Assembly (NCBI GenBank): GCA_002633005.1
Contig: NMRA01000100.1
Coordinates: 82,497 to 146,496, forward strand
Length of the DNA: 64,000 bases
Source: Phoronis australis
Lineage: Eukaryota; Animalia; Phoronida
Reading direction: 5' to 3'
Shown here: positions 1 through 12,341 of the stretch, piece by piece
Layout of the letters: each line of letters begins with the position of its first letter
How positions within the stretch are numbered: the stretch's first letter is position 1
The notes under the pieces: model-generated
Told to the model about the DNA's origin: nothing
What the model saw: the letters and a program-made list of their open reading frames with translations, nothing else
The model's database searches: none
Made by a program: the position numbers and the translations under genes

Positions 1-1863
1 AACAGTTGTATTGAATAGGGGTCCGAATAGAACACCATTGCGTGTGGGTGTTCTTCGCAGCTGATTGAATTGAAAGGTGATTCTGGCGGTGACTCTGACA
101 AAAGCAAGCCCATACGGCCAACAATTCGTTAAATTTAGCAATTTATGGCACTAGTGGGCTCAGAGTGATACTCTTAACATATTGTAGGAACCCAAATTTA
201 CTGGTGTTATCGTTCAAGATAGGCTTTAAGGGTTCAGTTGTGTGGCAAGTGTTCTGTACCCATGGTAAGTGTGGGCTCCGTTGTAAAACTCTTACGGCCA
301 CTGTCACCCTTGTACGTCACGAGACAGTGTTGGAAATTTGCAAGCTTTGCATTCTTGCTGTTAGTTATCATGTTTAACTTCGTTGAGCTCTGTGTAACTG
401 AAACCTTTCATTACTGTTCTTTGTGTTCGCCTTTGATTGTTATCTACTGCAAAAGGATCATAGCAACCCCTGGATAAATAGTGAACACAGTGTTAATTAG
501 TTCATATGTCAGATAGGAATACTATCAACTGACATGGTTTGGATGGGAATCTTGATTTATTAGTAAGTCATTAACTGAGAATTCTGGGGGACCTGATGAA
601 TAGGTCTGTATGTTCCACTTGACACAATCATTTGTGTTAAAGCTGCATTCCTCTCCCGTTTAGGTGTTGGTGTTGATTTCATAATTGTAGCTCTTTTTGG
701 TGGGGAGTCTTGCCCGTGTGTCGTGGAACCAGATGCTTATGTCACCGTACTCACCCGATCTTAGAGTATTGTGAGCCGGCAACACAAGTCTTGGGCAATG
801 CGTTCATGCGCACACCTTTTTTCGAATCCTCAATTTTAGGTTTGGCTTAGTCCAATAAACTGAATATTTTTTTTATTTGTGGTTTGTGTTCTTGTTGGTA
901 ATGGAAATGGAATCCTACCACAGACCAATTTTATGAGAGTAAAAGGCCTAATTTGATTTCTGTTTTTTAGCCAGTTAAACAGGGCGTTATGCAGCGTTAA
1001 TCAATATAAACCTGTGCAGGTGGTTGGCTAGGCGTTGTTTTTGATGAATTTTTAACTCTTCTGCCGGTTTAATCAATAGTATTATTTTGTTTCCTATACA
1101 GTGTCTAAACACACTAATGGGTGATTGATGACACAGATATGTTTAACTCAAGTTGTGTTGTCGCAACTTGGCAAACAGTGTACCAGGAAGGTGTACATAT
1201 TTGCTTAAATGTCAACTGAATATGTTCAATATTTACAGAAAGTTAAACTGGGGTTTATCTTGTCGTTCTTTCACTTCCTGACTGTTGTGATGATTCATGT
1301 GCGCATCGACTGATTCGGAAAAGTTTAATTTGCGTTAAGTGCACAATTTATCATAAAACTGGATTTTTGGCAAGTTTCTCAACAGGATCGATCACTATGA
1401 AAATAATTTGTATTTGAAAGTTGTCAGTTATTGAAAAATAGAAAATACGTATGACTCATAAACAACTGCGGCAATTATTTTTATGGGAAGTGATGGACGA
1501 ATTGCCTTTTAGTTAATGATTGTTTTATGAAAAGTCATTTTTGGGAGAGTGAAACTTGGTGCGGCTTGGTCGTACATTGACCGCATTCCTTGAAAGGGCG
1601 GGATGTATAGCAAATAAAAATATTTCCAATCAAGATTTATAGTTGGATGCAGGAAACACATAGCCTGCCCTTGGATTATTGAGGTTGTGTAGAGTACAGG
1701 ACAAAAGTAACGAGACAAAATACCATTTCCCTTGCTTTATGACTAGCCATGTTTGCAGCAAAAATGACTGGCAATGACTATAGTGGTACAATTCTAATGA
1801 CAGAATAGCCGAGCCACCTTAGTAATGTTATTGTTAACTCCCCTTCATTTTCGGTCATCAGGG

Positions 1864-1945
1864 GAGACTACTCTGAAGATGAATTGATGTTCCGCCCAGC
1901 CATCATGATGGGGAAAGCGGGGTCATTTTGTGTGAATGCTTTTGG
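1864..1945 (+). repeat. Short dispersed repeat, second copy at about 55304-55388
   Basis: ACTCTG..GATGAATT....TTCCGCCCAGC..TCATGA..GGGAA....GGTCATTTTGT.TGA is shared by both copies. Confidence 0.7.
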
Positions 1946-1999
1946 AGTGTACTGTACCTTATTGACAAGTCTTCACGTTTAGCGAAATATCCATTAATC

Positions 2000-2405
2000 T
2001 ATAGATTTTAACTCAATAAAAGTATATATTTTCTGAAAATACAAAGCCTATAAATTTTTGACCGGTATTATTTAGCAAAAGAGAAATGTCCATTGGTTGC
2101 AAAACAACGCTATCAATGACATGGTTAAATTTTACGTGATATAAATATTCAAGATGGCATCTCAAAAATGCTGTTACAGTTTTCAAAAATGTAATTCAGA
2201 TTTTTTGTGAAGATCACTTATGTCCTATCTTTGCTAGCCCCTCATGCAAAAGTGGAACATTTTAAAAACAATTGCTAACTGTGTTTCGGAGAGCATCTTG
2301 TAAAGCATGGCACCTGAAAATTTGTGAATCCGATCAGTTATCTTTTTGTGACATTCTGAAATTAGCAAATTTTGGACATTTTTCTAGGGTCCCTCATAAC
2401 CTTAA
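2000..2405. mobile_element. Kolobok-like non-autonomous element with an eroded 5' end
   Basis: The right end AAATTTTGGACATTTTTCTAGGGTCCCTCATAACCTTAA matches the right end of the 11803-12341 copy. Confidence 0.55.
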
Positions 2406-3892
2406 CTGCATGCACCAATTTGTTTTGGGGGGTATGTCACTTAGAATTATTTTTGTCCCTGAAACATTTACAGCAGTTTTGAATTCATCTGTCTAACACA
2501 AGAGTAGCTGATAACTCCCTGTCATGCTCACTTTACGGAGGATAGTCTGCGGCTGATTCAAGATCAAGGTCACTATTACTAGTATATTTAATCACGAGTT
2601 CATATAGGATGACTAAGATTAGCGTTTGCTGAGTCAAACAAATGAGGGCAGTCTGAGTTTGTTGAGCATTTGGCCTGTTTGCCAGAGGATTGTTTTTATA
2701 GTACGGTGTTTTTCATCTATTTAGTGCATATGGATTTTCTATTTTATATGACTTATCCGGTTGTAGTTGATAGGTAGAATTTTATGTCAGGTAAAGAACC
2801 CTAATCATTACAGGAGATTGGCAGGGTTTTTGAAGCATTGCTTATGCGTTTGGTTTATTTTACTCCATCTGAAAGGTATTTTGAACCTATTTAGTCAACT
2901 TTTATTAAAAGAATATTATTAAAACTAATGACTCTTCAAACCGGGAGTATTGTGCGCTGAGCAAATTGCACAATGCAAACACTGTGTGTCTGATCAACTG
3001 AATTACTAATTTACTAGTTTTGTTGCTAGTTTCTTACAAATTGTTACAAATTTGAACTTAAACTGAAAATTTGACAGGTGTCTGGTAAATTGAGTGCAGT
3101 TATTAGAAAGCAACAGTTAGAGCATGGCTTACAGTGACCTATTGAAATTTTGAAACTTGCTTGCTCCCCACATTTATAGTTTAAAAAAATGTAATTTTTA
3201 TTAATTTTGTTTTATGAAAAAGGTTCTGCATGCCCTCTCTATTAAGTAAAATATGCCAAATTGACCAAAACGTCTTCAAAAGGTAATGTTTCCCTGTAGC
3301 AGAACTTTTTCAATTACTGAAACATTACCTTACAATGCCCACTTTGTTCAGTAGCAGATTTACAGTTGGTTACACTGATTTCAGACTAAAAGAATAGCGA
3401 AAATTGTTATTTTTCAAATTTTCAAGGGGTTCTAAGGTTGCTGCAAATGTCTTTAGTTTTTCAAAATATTGTCTCATGGTAGGTATAGTACAGAACTTGT
3501 AAATGGTAAAAACATTATTTTGTTACCGTTTAATCTTTTAAAATTAGAGTAAAATGAGTTGATCTATTCTTGTTGTTTTATTTACCTATATATAGTAAAA
3601 TGAGAAAATGAAGTTTCACACGTCTGCCGTGTTATACCCAACATTGATGAGATTTTATTGAGAAGTAACAGTGCACTAAAATACACCATTGTCACTTGGT
3701 GATATTAAAGTACATTGTCACGGGCAATTTGTCTGAGGAAAAATATCAGCTGGATTTCAAAACATTTTTCTGTGATTGTTTCATCCAAGAGTCGCTGTTT
3801 CCATTGTTGGGAAAAGCAGACGCTGCGAAATAAGTAGAAGTCGTTTCTTAATGCTTTCGCTACAATGTATAGTTGTGTGTCAGGTGTTTGGA

Positions 3893-4049
3893 ATTGACCA
3901 ATCGCAACCTCCGCCCCCTTGCGAAAAGTCGACAAGCAAACAATAAGTTTTTTGGGTAAAATGTTGGCTTGGAAACGAAAGTGTGTCAAGAATGTTGCGT
4001 TCTGATTAGTCAGTCAAGCTGTCAGACAAAATCCTGGCTATAGGTCAGT
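3893..4049. mobile_element. Diverged copy of the ATTGACCTATCGC MITE family
   Basis: ATTGACCAATCGC...GCTATAGGTCAGT; shares CAAACAATAAG, GGAAACG..GTGTGTCAA and AAAATCCTGGC with 6629-6792. Confidence 0.75.
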
Positions 4050-4114
4050 TCTCATTGACTTGTGTGCCATATCAAAAAAATGATCACGAGTTTATTTTTT
4101 GTCTATTTTTGCAG

Positions 4115-7100
4115 GATTTCTTTAATACATCATGGAAAGTGGACACTGCACAATCAGTGATGCTGGCGACACCTGGTGAGTAAAATGTGTTTCTTGAATA
4201 GTGCAACATTAGTTAATTACAATTGTTTTGTTACAGAGATCTTTTCAGACTTGACTATAGGTCACGTGATGTGACCGACTTTAAGAAGACTAATAAATCT
4301 TACTTATTAATTAATTATCATGGCAGTTCTTGACTTCTTTACCACACAATGTCGCTGACAACTGTCAAATTAGGATTAAGAAAATTTTACTCTAATACGA
4401 GCGTAGTTTGTACTGTGTAGATGTAAAATTTCCACTATTTGTAGCAAAGTTATTGCTTTTTGAGAAATGGAGAGTGACAAATTCCGGCACTTATTTTTGT
4501 GCGAAATAAGTGAAGAATTACCGTATGTGTATATTTTCAATAATTCATTTCTTCAGGTAGCAGTGTCATTTATTGCATTTGCTATGGGGTACGTGGGATT
4601 GAAGAAGTATTTAGTATCGTCAGCGCTGAAATATCACCCAAGAAATTGGAATTGTATACCATTTTATGGCGGGAGAGCTATTTTGAGGAGTCTGGTAAAA
4701 TCTGAACAATTTGGGACAGAAAATGGCTGACTTAGAATTTTATTTTTCATTTTTTCGTGAAACGTAAGTAGCAACGAATTAATTGTTTTGTCGTGTTCAA
4801 GTTCTGTAACATAACAACGAACAATACTAAAAATGTGAGCATCTGCACCAATTTTAGAAACCCAAAGAATGAAAAAGGGCAATTTTGACAGTAGTCTGAA
4901 GTTGGTGAGATTTTACCTGAGTGAATGTGCTGTTTGTTGGTATTTCAGACACCTCCACCGACCTTGACCTTGATGCTGTGTCCAGCACTGTCTCACTGCG
5001 TCATGATGCTGCCCAGCACAAGAGATCAGTACGACCGAGAACCAAGAGGGCGTCGTCCTTTGCACGCTCTAAACAGGTGATAATTCGGTCCTCTAGGACG
5101 CTATTGCTATACATTCGTTTTTATTTTGATGAATTCTGCATTGTTTAATGAAGTTTGTGATTAAGTATTGGGATTAACCTCCATTGCGTTCAAATCGAGA
5201 AACAAAAATCATTGGGGGGAACTAGAAACCAAAATCTAGAGCAACTAAGTAGGGGTGCTTTTATTGAAATTTCCTTAACTTTTGCTTGCATGCTTATTGA
5301 AGTCAGTTCCGTTGTCAGACATATTAAAGAAAAATTATATGATAAATTTTGGGCTTCTTTATGTTCGTATTTATGAGTTCATTGCCTCGATATTCCTCGT
5401 CATACCATAAACCATGTAAAACCGAACAGCAATTATATCTGACAAATTTTCACACTAAATACAATGGACGATGACTAGTGCTGGATAACTAGTGCTGGAT
5501 AACTAGTGCTGGATAACTAGTGCTGTTATTGATTGTCCTGATTTTATGTAATACTGGTATGTTCAACCAATAAATGCTCGCACTTCGAGATCAGCTAATT
5601 AACATATCATCAGATGGCATGACAGCTGATCCACTGGTGGAGTTGTTTTTTTTTTGGTGTTTTTGATATGAAATTGGGGATTTTGAGCACTGTAAGGTAC
5701 AGTCAGTAAATTTGTTGCATGATCTCTTGCTGTTACGTCACAAGTGGACAACAGCAAAGTCAGCGTGAACTGGTAGATTTTACATTCTGTGATAGCAGAT
5801 CGGTGAAAATACATTCCTCTGAATGCTTATGACCAGTTCTGAGTTCTTTGTCTTCATTCGCAATACTGGAATCTTTGTATAACAATTTTTTTATCCACAT
5901 GTCACGCGAACTCATCGCAGAAGTTCTAACTCGTATTGTCGGATTTGTCAATAGTCTACTGTGTTTTATTTCCAGCGTGGCATAATGATAAAATTTCACT
6001 TGTAAGCGTTACCTTAATTATTTAGCTTTGCTAGACGTGCAAATGCGGAAAAAATTATATTTAGCACTCGTTTGCCCTTACTGGCACGGTGATATGCATT
6101 CCTAGGGCTCTTTGTGCCTGTAATTCTTTCGAGTTGCATTATTATTTTCACTGCACAAAGTACCCCTATCAGTCTTGATTGTCTAAGTTGTCAGTTATGA
6201 GTCAGTCTGTAATTGTGTGTGATCTGTGATGATAATGAGATATGAGCTGTCAGCAACAGTGCTGTTCCTATTAAAGATGCAATGTCCCATTAAAGCCATA
6301 TATGCTTACATTTGTAGCTAGCGCCATTTAGTGACTTCCTAGAGAATTGTGTGTACAAGTAATAAATTGCGGTTTTGATGAAAACAATACACTTTAAAAT
6401 AAATTTGAACGTATATAAAAAGCCTAGTAATTCCTAATATTACGCCATTAATATTTGAGAGTGAAATAAACAATAAAAACTGTGCCTTGTTTCATTAAGG
6501 TAACGATGAAATATTACCATACTCATTTACATGACAATAGTCTCACAAAACGAGACTTTCATGAGATTGTAATGGTAACTGGCTCTCAGATGGTATCCGC
6601 CACACTGGAGGACCCGGGTCATTTGCATATTGACCTATCGCAAGCTCCACCCTCTTGCATAATGTCGACTAACAAACAATAAGTGTTAACCGGCAACATG
6701 TTGTTTGTCGGGTAAAATGGCAGCTCGGAAACGGAGGTGTGTCAATAATGCTGCGTTTTAGCCGTCACTCAAAATCCTGGCGATAGGTCAATTCACAGTT
6801 TATTGAGACTATATACCTTTAAGGTGTTATGCTGTAGTATCTATGTTGTGGTGTAGACGAAGGACGGCGCGTTAGTTTGGTTAATCTTCAAGGATATGTG
6901 TGTCGCCTAACTGATTCCTGGAAGTGCACAATCTCAAAACCCGCATGTATTGTTTATAGGTCACACAAAACGAATACAGACTTACTAATGTATTTAGTCA
7001 TGCTATATCATGGGTAATGTGAAATAATGCTATTGCAATATTTGCTGGTGGCATGGAAACAATGAGCCCTACTGCCACCTGGTGGTTGAAGGAAGTACTT

Positions 7101-10100
7101 CTACTCAGTGGTGTGTAGTGCAGGAGAGCTCCATGTATAGGTTGCATGTTGGGTTTTGCTTTGTCCACTAGAGGGCAGTAAAAGTCAATGGTGCTTCAAT
7201 GACCTTTTGTGGACAGTGAAATTTAATGCCTGTGCATCCTAGAGCATACGCTTGGAGATGTGAGTCCTCTAATCAAGAATACAGAAAGTGTCATGCAGGC
7301 GATTGTCTGCTGAGTGAACGGGCAGTTGATTTTTGATAAATGCTGCTTATTTATTTCTAGCTCCTTGAAATGGTACTAAGGTGAAATTATCCCAACAGAT
7401 TATATATCTATACTATGCTGCTGGTGCTGATCAGGATACCCTCATTTCACAAGCCTTAACAAAACAATCCTTTCTGTCTATGGCATTTCTGGCTATCCGT
7501 AAAAAGGTCGACGATTAGCCATCGTTGCTTCACGAGTCTTATATCAAAATCGTGAAATGTAGTTACTTTGCGTAGACTTTTTAATTGCAAATTTGTCCAG
7601 TAAAGACTCAGTTCGAGTAACTCATTTCATCATGTTCTTACAGCCACCAGTCCTTGCCCTTCCCAGCCTCAAGGAAGAATCACCTGCGAGAGATATTACA
7701 AATTCCACTCCAGGTACTGTTACAGACGCGACACTGCGCAGCAATACCAGACATTGTCTGCATCTATTTCACAGTTCATGCTGCCTGGTTCAGTTTCTCT
7801 ACAGCGTTAGAAATAAATCGGACGCAACGGAGTTCAGACTGGTCAATAAGTGCATAATTATTTTCTGTGTTGTCAAAACAGTTGCAAAGTTATTTTACGT
7901 TCACGATGATTTCTAGGATTTATTGAGGTGCAATCGTGTAGTGTTTACTTTTTTGAAACATGTCGGAAGTTTGAAATATGTTGTGACAGGCAAATATCGA
8001 GATTGTAGAGAGGCTTGTGGCTTCGAACTTCCATGCAGTATGATATCTATTAGATCACCAGGATTAAGGGAAATATTGGAATCTTGTTATAACAACAAGT
8101 CATTAACATTTGTTTCACTTCGTCGGTTCCACAGAAAGTTCTAAATCTGATTTGGGGCTCGTATGAGCCATGGGGGATATTAGGGGGAATATAGAGCCAA
8201 AAGCGCTGACTTTCTACTTCAAAAGAATTTATGTCAGCTCTTTGGTTTTTTCAGTAATGATTTTTCTGAAGCCCAGCCGTGCTTGATTATAGATATTTAT
8301 CTTTTAAAATATGTGCGCTATATCCTTGATTTAGTTGATCATTTTTTGTAATTAGATTTGAAATATTCAATTTATGCAAGCAATGGCATAAGAATATCAA
8401 AATTTCACATTTTGATTATTAATTTTAACTGTGACTTAAAGTGCACCACACTAATCATGCTCTGCTAAATTTGGACATTTTTTCACTCATGCCCCTGTTT
8501 TAAAGATTGAAGCCAGTCTAGCTCTAGGAGTCTAGGTTTAATGTCTGTCTTGGAGTCTAGGTATAATGCCTGTCTTGTAGTCTAGGTATAATGTCTGTCT
8601 AGGAGTCTAGGTATAATGCCTGTCTTGTAGTCTAGGTATAATGTCTGTCTAGGAGTCTAGGTATAATGCCTGTCTTGTAGTCTAGGTATAATGTCTGTCT
8701 AGGAGTCTAGGTATAATGCCTGTCTAGGAGTCTAGGTATAATGCCTGTCTTGTAGTCTAGGTATAATGTCTGTCTAGGAGTCTAGGTATAATGTCTGTCT
8801 AGGAGTCTAGGTATAATGTCTGTCTAGGAGTCTAAGTATAATGCCTGTCTAGGAGTCTAGGTATAATGTCTGTCTAAGAGTCTAGGTATAATGTCTGCGT
8901 TCTTCTGCAGATACTACTGCTCCAACTTCACCTACCAAAAGCATGGAGTCTATCAAGGAGAAGCCAGAGGCCCCTCCCAAGACATTACCCAAACCATCAC
9001 GTCTTTCTGTGGAGATGAAAGATGAAGAATTGCCAGCCACCACTGAGAAGTCAGAGACACCGGCTGTAACCTTGGCGATGCTCGGGGAAGTTAAGCTACG
9101 GCGACAATCGGACTCTGAGAATGTCAAACGACGGTCGTCAGAAATTGAAAAGGACAATGAAATCTCTAAGGCTTTTGGTAAACTTAAGCGTCAGTCTCAG
9201 GAAAGTGAGGATAAGCTTCAGAAGATTGAAGTGGCAAGTGATCAGAAGTCGGAGTTGGATAAGATCTTGCAGAAGCGTAAATCACTTGAAGTAGAACAAA
9301 AACAGACTGTGGAAGCAAAGGATTCTAAGTCAAGCGGAGGTAGCCAGAAAGTGGTGGACAAGTCGAAGGCTTCTAAAGCTAGTGAAAACATAAAGCCAGT
9401 AGATTCTCAAGTTAAGACACCAGAGGTTGTCAAGGATGCGCTTGAGATTGGCAAAAAGGAATCTGTTAAGGCAGAAAAGGATAAAAAAGTCTCTCCGCCA
9501 GTTGCTCCTAAGGAGCCAAAGATAGAACTTGGCTCTGTTCGACTTCGTGCCGCTAAGAAAGATGTCGTTACAAAATCTGATGAGACGGAGAGTGACTCAA
9601 AAGATAACGACTCTAGTGAGAGTAAGCCTATGTCTCTCAGTGAACGCATGAGTGTATTTGGTGCTCCTCTTAAGGTTCGTAAAGTCAAGTTTCCAGACCG
9701 CCGCAGTAAAACTGTGGAAGTAGAGAAACTGCCATCTGACTTGATGAAGCAGACAGAAGGAGGGAGTCCTAGGTTGTCGTACAGTAAGAGCTTTCACTCC
9801 AGCTCACGTGAAACTTCCCCTTCCCCCCGTCAGGCTGCTGTCGCCAGAGAGCCATTAGGAAGTAGAGTCAGTCCAGACAAAGGTGGTGTTAAGACCTATA
9901 AACCATCTTGGGTGGATAAAAACAAGGATGATAGTTCTGCAAGTGAGGCGGCTTCAAAGAGTTCGGTAAACCAGGACAGTGCTGATGTTGAACGTGAGGC
10001 TTCCAAACAAGACGCTTCAAGCAACACGTCGACGAAGGCGGAGAAAACTAATGAAACTAAGGCTTCTACTTACACTCCATCTTGGATGAAAAAAGATGGC

Positions 10101-11565
10101 CGAACCTCGTCTGCTAGCTCGAAAACTGAGGAGAAAAATTCGCCGGCTACCCCTGAAGGAAAAAAAGCCGAGAAAGAGCCATCTTCATCTGCTGCCAAGA
10201 CTGCAGACAAATCAGTGAGCAGCTCGCCATCATGGAAACGACCAGAGACTGACAAATCTAAAGAAACACCGAAAGTGGACAACAAATCTGGCAGTTATGT
10301 GCCTTCATGGAAAAGGAACATTCTAGAAAAGAGTTCCCCTGAAAAATCTGTAGAAATTGTTGACTCAAATAAAAAGGAAAGCAGCGTACCTGCTTGGAAG
10401 TCAAGTCTACGAGAACGGAAGTTAGCGAAAGAGACCAGTGAGGAGAAACCAATATTGATAGAGGAGAAATCGCCTGTGAAGACTCCGAGTAAAATTGTGC
10501 GAGATAATAAAGAGACGGACGTGTCAGAAAAGAAAACTGCTTCACCCGCTGTCCAGGTAAATGTACTTGTGTATCTGGGGAGAAGTCCTTCTTTTGTATA
10601 TGTTTCATTAAAAATGGAAGCCCTTGATATTGAGGCCTAAAAATGCATTTTTGACCAGAGCTGTAAAACAACATAATCTGTTATGGTCTTATTACAAATC
10701 ACCAATTCTCATTGTTGTTTGCCAATCATTCACTGAAAACATAGTCATTGACTTTACTGCTTAAATATGTTTACACTACTATTTTCCCACCTGCATATGA
10801 CTGGGTGTTGGATAATTCGTTAGCCACAGATAAGCAAACTAAGTACATTTTCTGAGCTAAAACTCTCGTGAGGCAGGTGCTCAGAAATAAATCAGCACTA
10901 TTAAAGTCTCAATTGCATGCATTGTGCTGTTGAGTGCTGAGTTAAACACGAGCGTTCAAAAGGAAATACCCGTGATCGTGTGAAGCCAAACGTGAATGTT
11001 GACACGGACGAATGTGGTATTTATGTATATCTACTTTGTTTTTTACTTGTGTTTGTAATTCCCAGCGGATATTTGCCTTGTTTAAGGTTGTTGTTTTAAA
11101 TGCCATTCTACCATGCCAGATGTATTGTGTCGTCGTTAGTTCTTGTTTATTTGGAATTTTGAACTCACTTCACTTTGAGCACTTTCGAAGAATTCTCTAT
11201 TTACTGCAAATGATTTATGTATTGTTGTGTAACAGTGTTATGTATTTTTCTGATAATTTTTCATGTTTTCTTGGTGAATTTTAAGACGCATTTTCCATAA
11301 TAATAGAAAGATTAGTCTTGGAACTAAACGTGACCATAATTTTTAGTAGTGACCTTTTGTTTGATGTTGTTAATAGAATTATAGGATGTTTTGCTGAAAA
11401 TGATCTGTGTACCTTTAGTGAACAATAGTGAAATGTCTGTTCTTTTGCTTTCAACTTTGGATCATTTCCTTGCAGGCGACATCTGGTGACAGAACCAAGA
11501 TGGCACGCAATTCGAGGGTCATGGATCTAATGAAGAACTTTCAAGCGCAACAACTGAATGCCTAG
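4115..11565 (+). CDS. CRACD/KIAA1211-like (DUF4592-type) actin capping-protein regulator; exons 4115-4175, 4949-5076, 7644-7713, 8911-10556, 11476-11565; 5' end uncertain or outside the window
   Basis: All five exons are bounded by AG/GT and join in phase (1,0,1,0): DFFNTSW...ATP-D-TSTDLDLDAVSSTVSLRHDAAQHKRSVRPRTKR...KQ-PPVLALP...-D-TTAPT + the long K/E/S-rich ORF 8943-10556 + ATSGDRTKMARNSRVMDLMKNFQAQQLNA-stop. LRHDAAQHKRSVRP resembles the recalled L-x-x-x-AA-x-HK-x-x-V-[RK]-P motif of the KIAA1210/KIAA1211 family. The exon structure is firmer than the family name. Confidence 0.75.
5475..5525. repeat. 14-bp tandem repeat (ACTAGTGCTGGATA), about 3.6 copies
   Basis: Directly visible perfect tandem copies. 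Confidence 0.9.
6629..6792. mobile_element. MITE with 13-bp terminal inverted repeats ATTGACCTATCGC...GCGATAGGTCAAT
   Basis: Perfect TIR; a diverged second copy with the same internal sequence lies at 3893-4049. Confidence 0.8.
7070..7180. promoter_or_regulatory. Divergent pair of CTCF-like motifs
   Basis: CAACCACCAGGTGGCAGTA on minus (7070-7088) and TGTCCACTAGAGGGCAGTA on plus (7162-7180); both fit the CCACYAGRKGGCAG core. Confidence 0.5.
8531..8897. repeat. 25-bp minisatellite, about 14.7 copies, consensus TCTAGGTATAATGYCTGTCTWGKAG
   Basis: Head-to-tail units start at 8531, 8556, 8581 ... 8881. Two variants (..GTCTGTCTAGGAG and ..GCCTGTCTTGTAG) alternate in the first half. Confidence 0.97.
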
Positions 11566-11802
11566 ACAAGTTCCAGATGCCTGTGTTGTAGTTGTATTGC
11601 AGGTGATGGAGGCTTGTTTCCTGCCCATTATACACAATGCACGAGAATCACTCTTATACAGTTTTGGCCCAGCCTGAATATATGTATATATGGGTATGTG
11701 TGTCAAGTACTGTGAAGGGACTTCCCTGAGTCCTTGCTCTCCACAATAAATCTGAATTGTAAACCAAATTGCTCACGTGGTGTAAATCGTAGGCTACCAG
11801 TT

Positions 11803-12341
11803 TTAAGGTTATGTGGGACCTTATCTACAAGTCTGTGAATTTAGCCAAATATATGCAGAATTTTAGATTTTAACTCGGTATATTTATGTATTTTCTGAAA
11901 GCAGAAAGCCTTAGAATTTGATTTTGACTTTTTACAAATTTGTCATTAGTTGGGTCACGTGACCATGTCTTTTTAGTAAAATTTATCAAACAAAAGTACA
12001 TCGGTAGTAAAAGTACAGTATCACCAACGTCAACCAAATTTCAGTTGACGTATTTTTTCAAAATGAAATCTCCAAAAAAGGACTTACACTTTTCTAAATT
12101 TCCTTTTTGTTTTCATTTTATTCAACTTAAGAGTTTTTTCATGGAAGCCATAGAAGTCCTATTTTATAGTTCCTGGTGCAAGAGTGGAACATTTTATGAA
12201 CAATGTCCATTAAAAAGTTTTGGAGAATACTCCATGGAGCTCAGTATCTGAAAGTTTCATGGGAATACAGTCGGCCATTTTTAAGATATGTTCCAAAGTT
12301 AGCCAAATTTGGAGTTTTTCTTAGGTGCTATGTAACCTTGA
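11803..12341. mobile_element. TTAA-flanked non-autonomous DNA transposon (Kolobok-like); related copies at about 2000-2405 and 18520-19152
   Basis: Ends TTAAGGTTATGTGGGACC ... GGTGCTATGTAACCTTGA. The copy ending at 2405 reads GGTCCCTCATAACCTTAA. TTGGGTCACGTGACC is shared with the 18520 copy, and TTTAACTC..TATTTTCTGAAA..AAAGCCT with the 2000 copy. TTAA plus GG...CC ends are typical of Kolobok. Confidence 0.65.

Noticed and set aside
8531-8897. Regular 25-bp repeats as a CRISPR array
   Set aside because: The units are contiguous with no unique spacers, there are no cas genes, and the context is a eukaryotic intron.
10557-10640. C-terminal VNVLVYLGRS...IEA of the 565-aa ORF
   Set aside because: Reads through the CAG/GTAAAT donor into an intron; the in-phase terminal exon at 11476 is the better ending.
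8882-10674. Minus-strand ORFs 8882-9157, 9407-9688, 9597-9797, 10070-10285 and 10258-10674
   Set aside because: Antisense shadows of the biased-composition CRACD-like exon.
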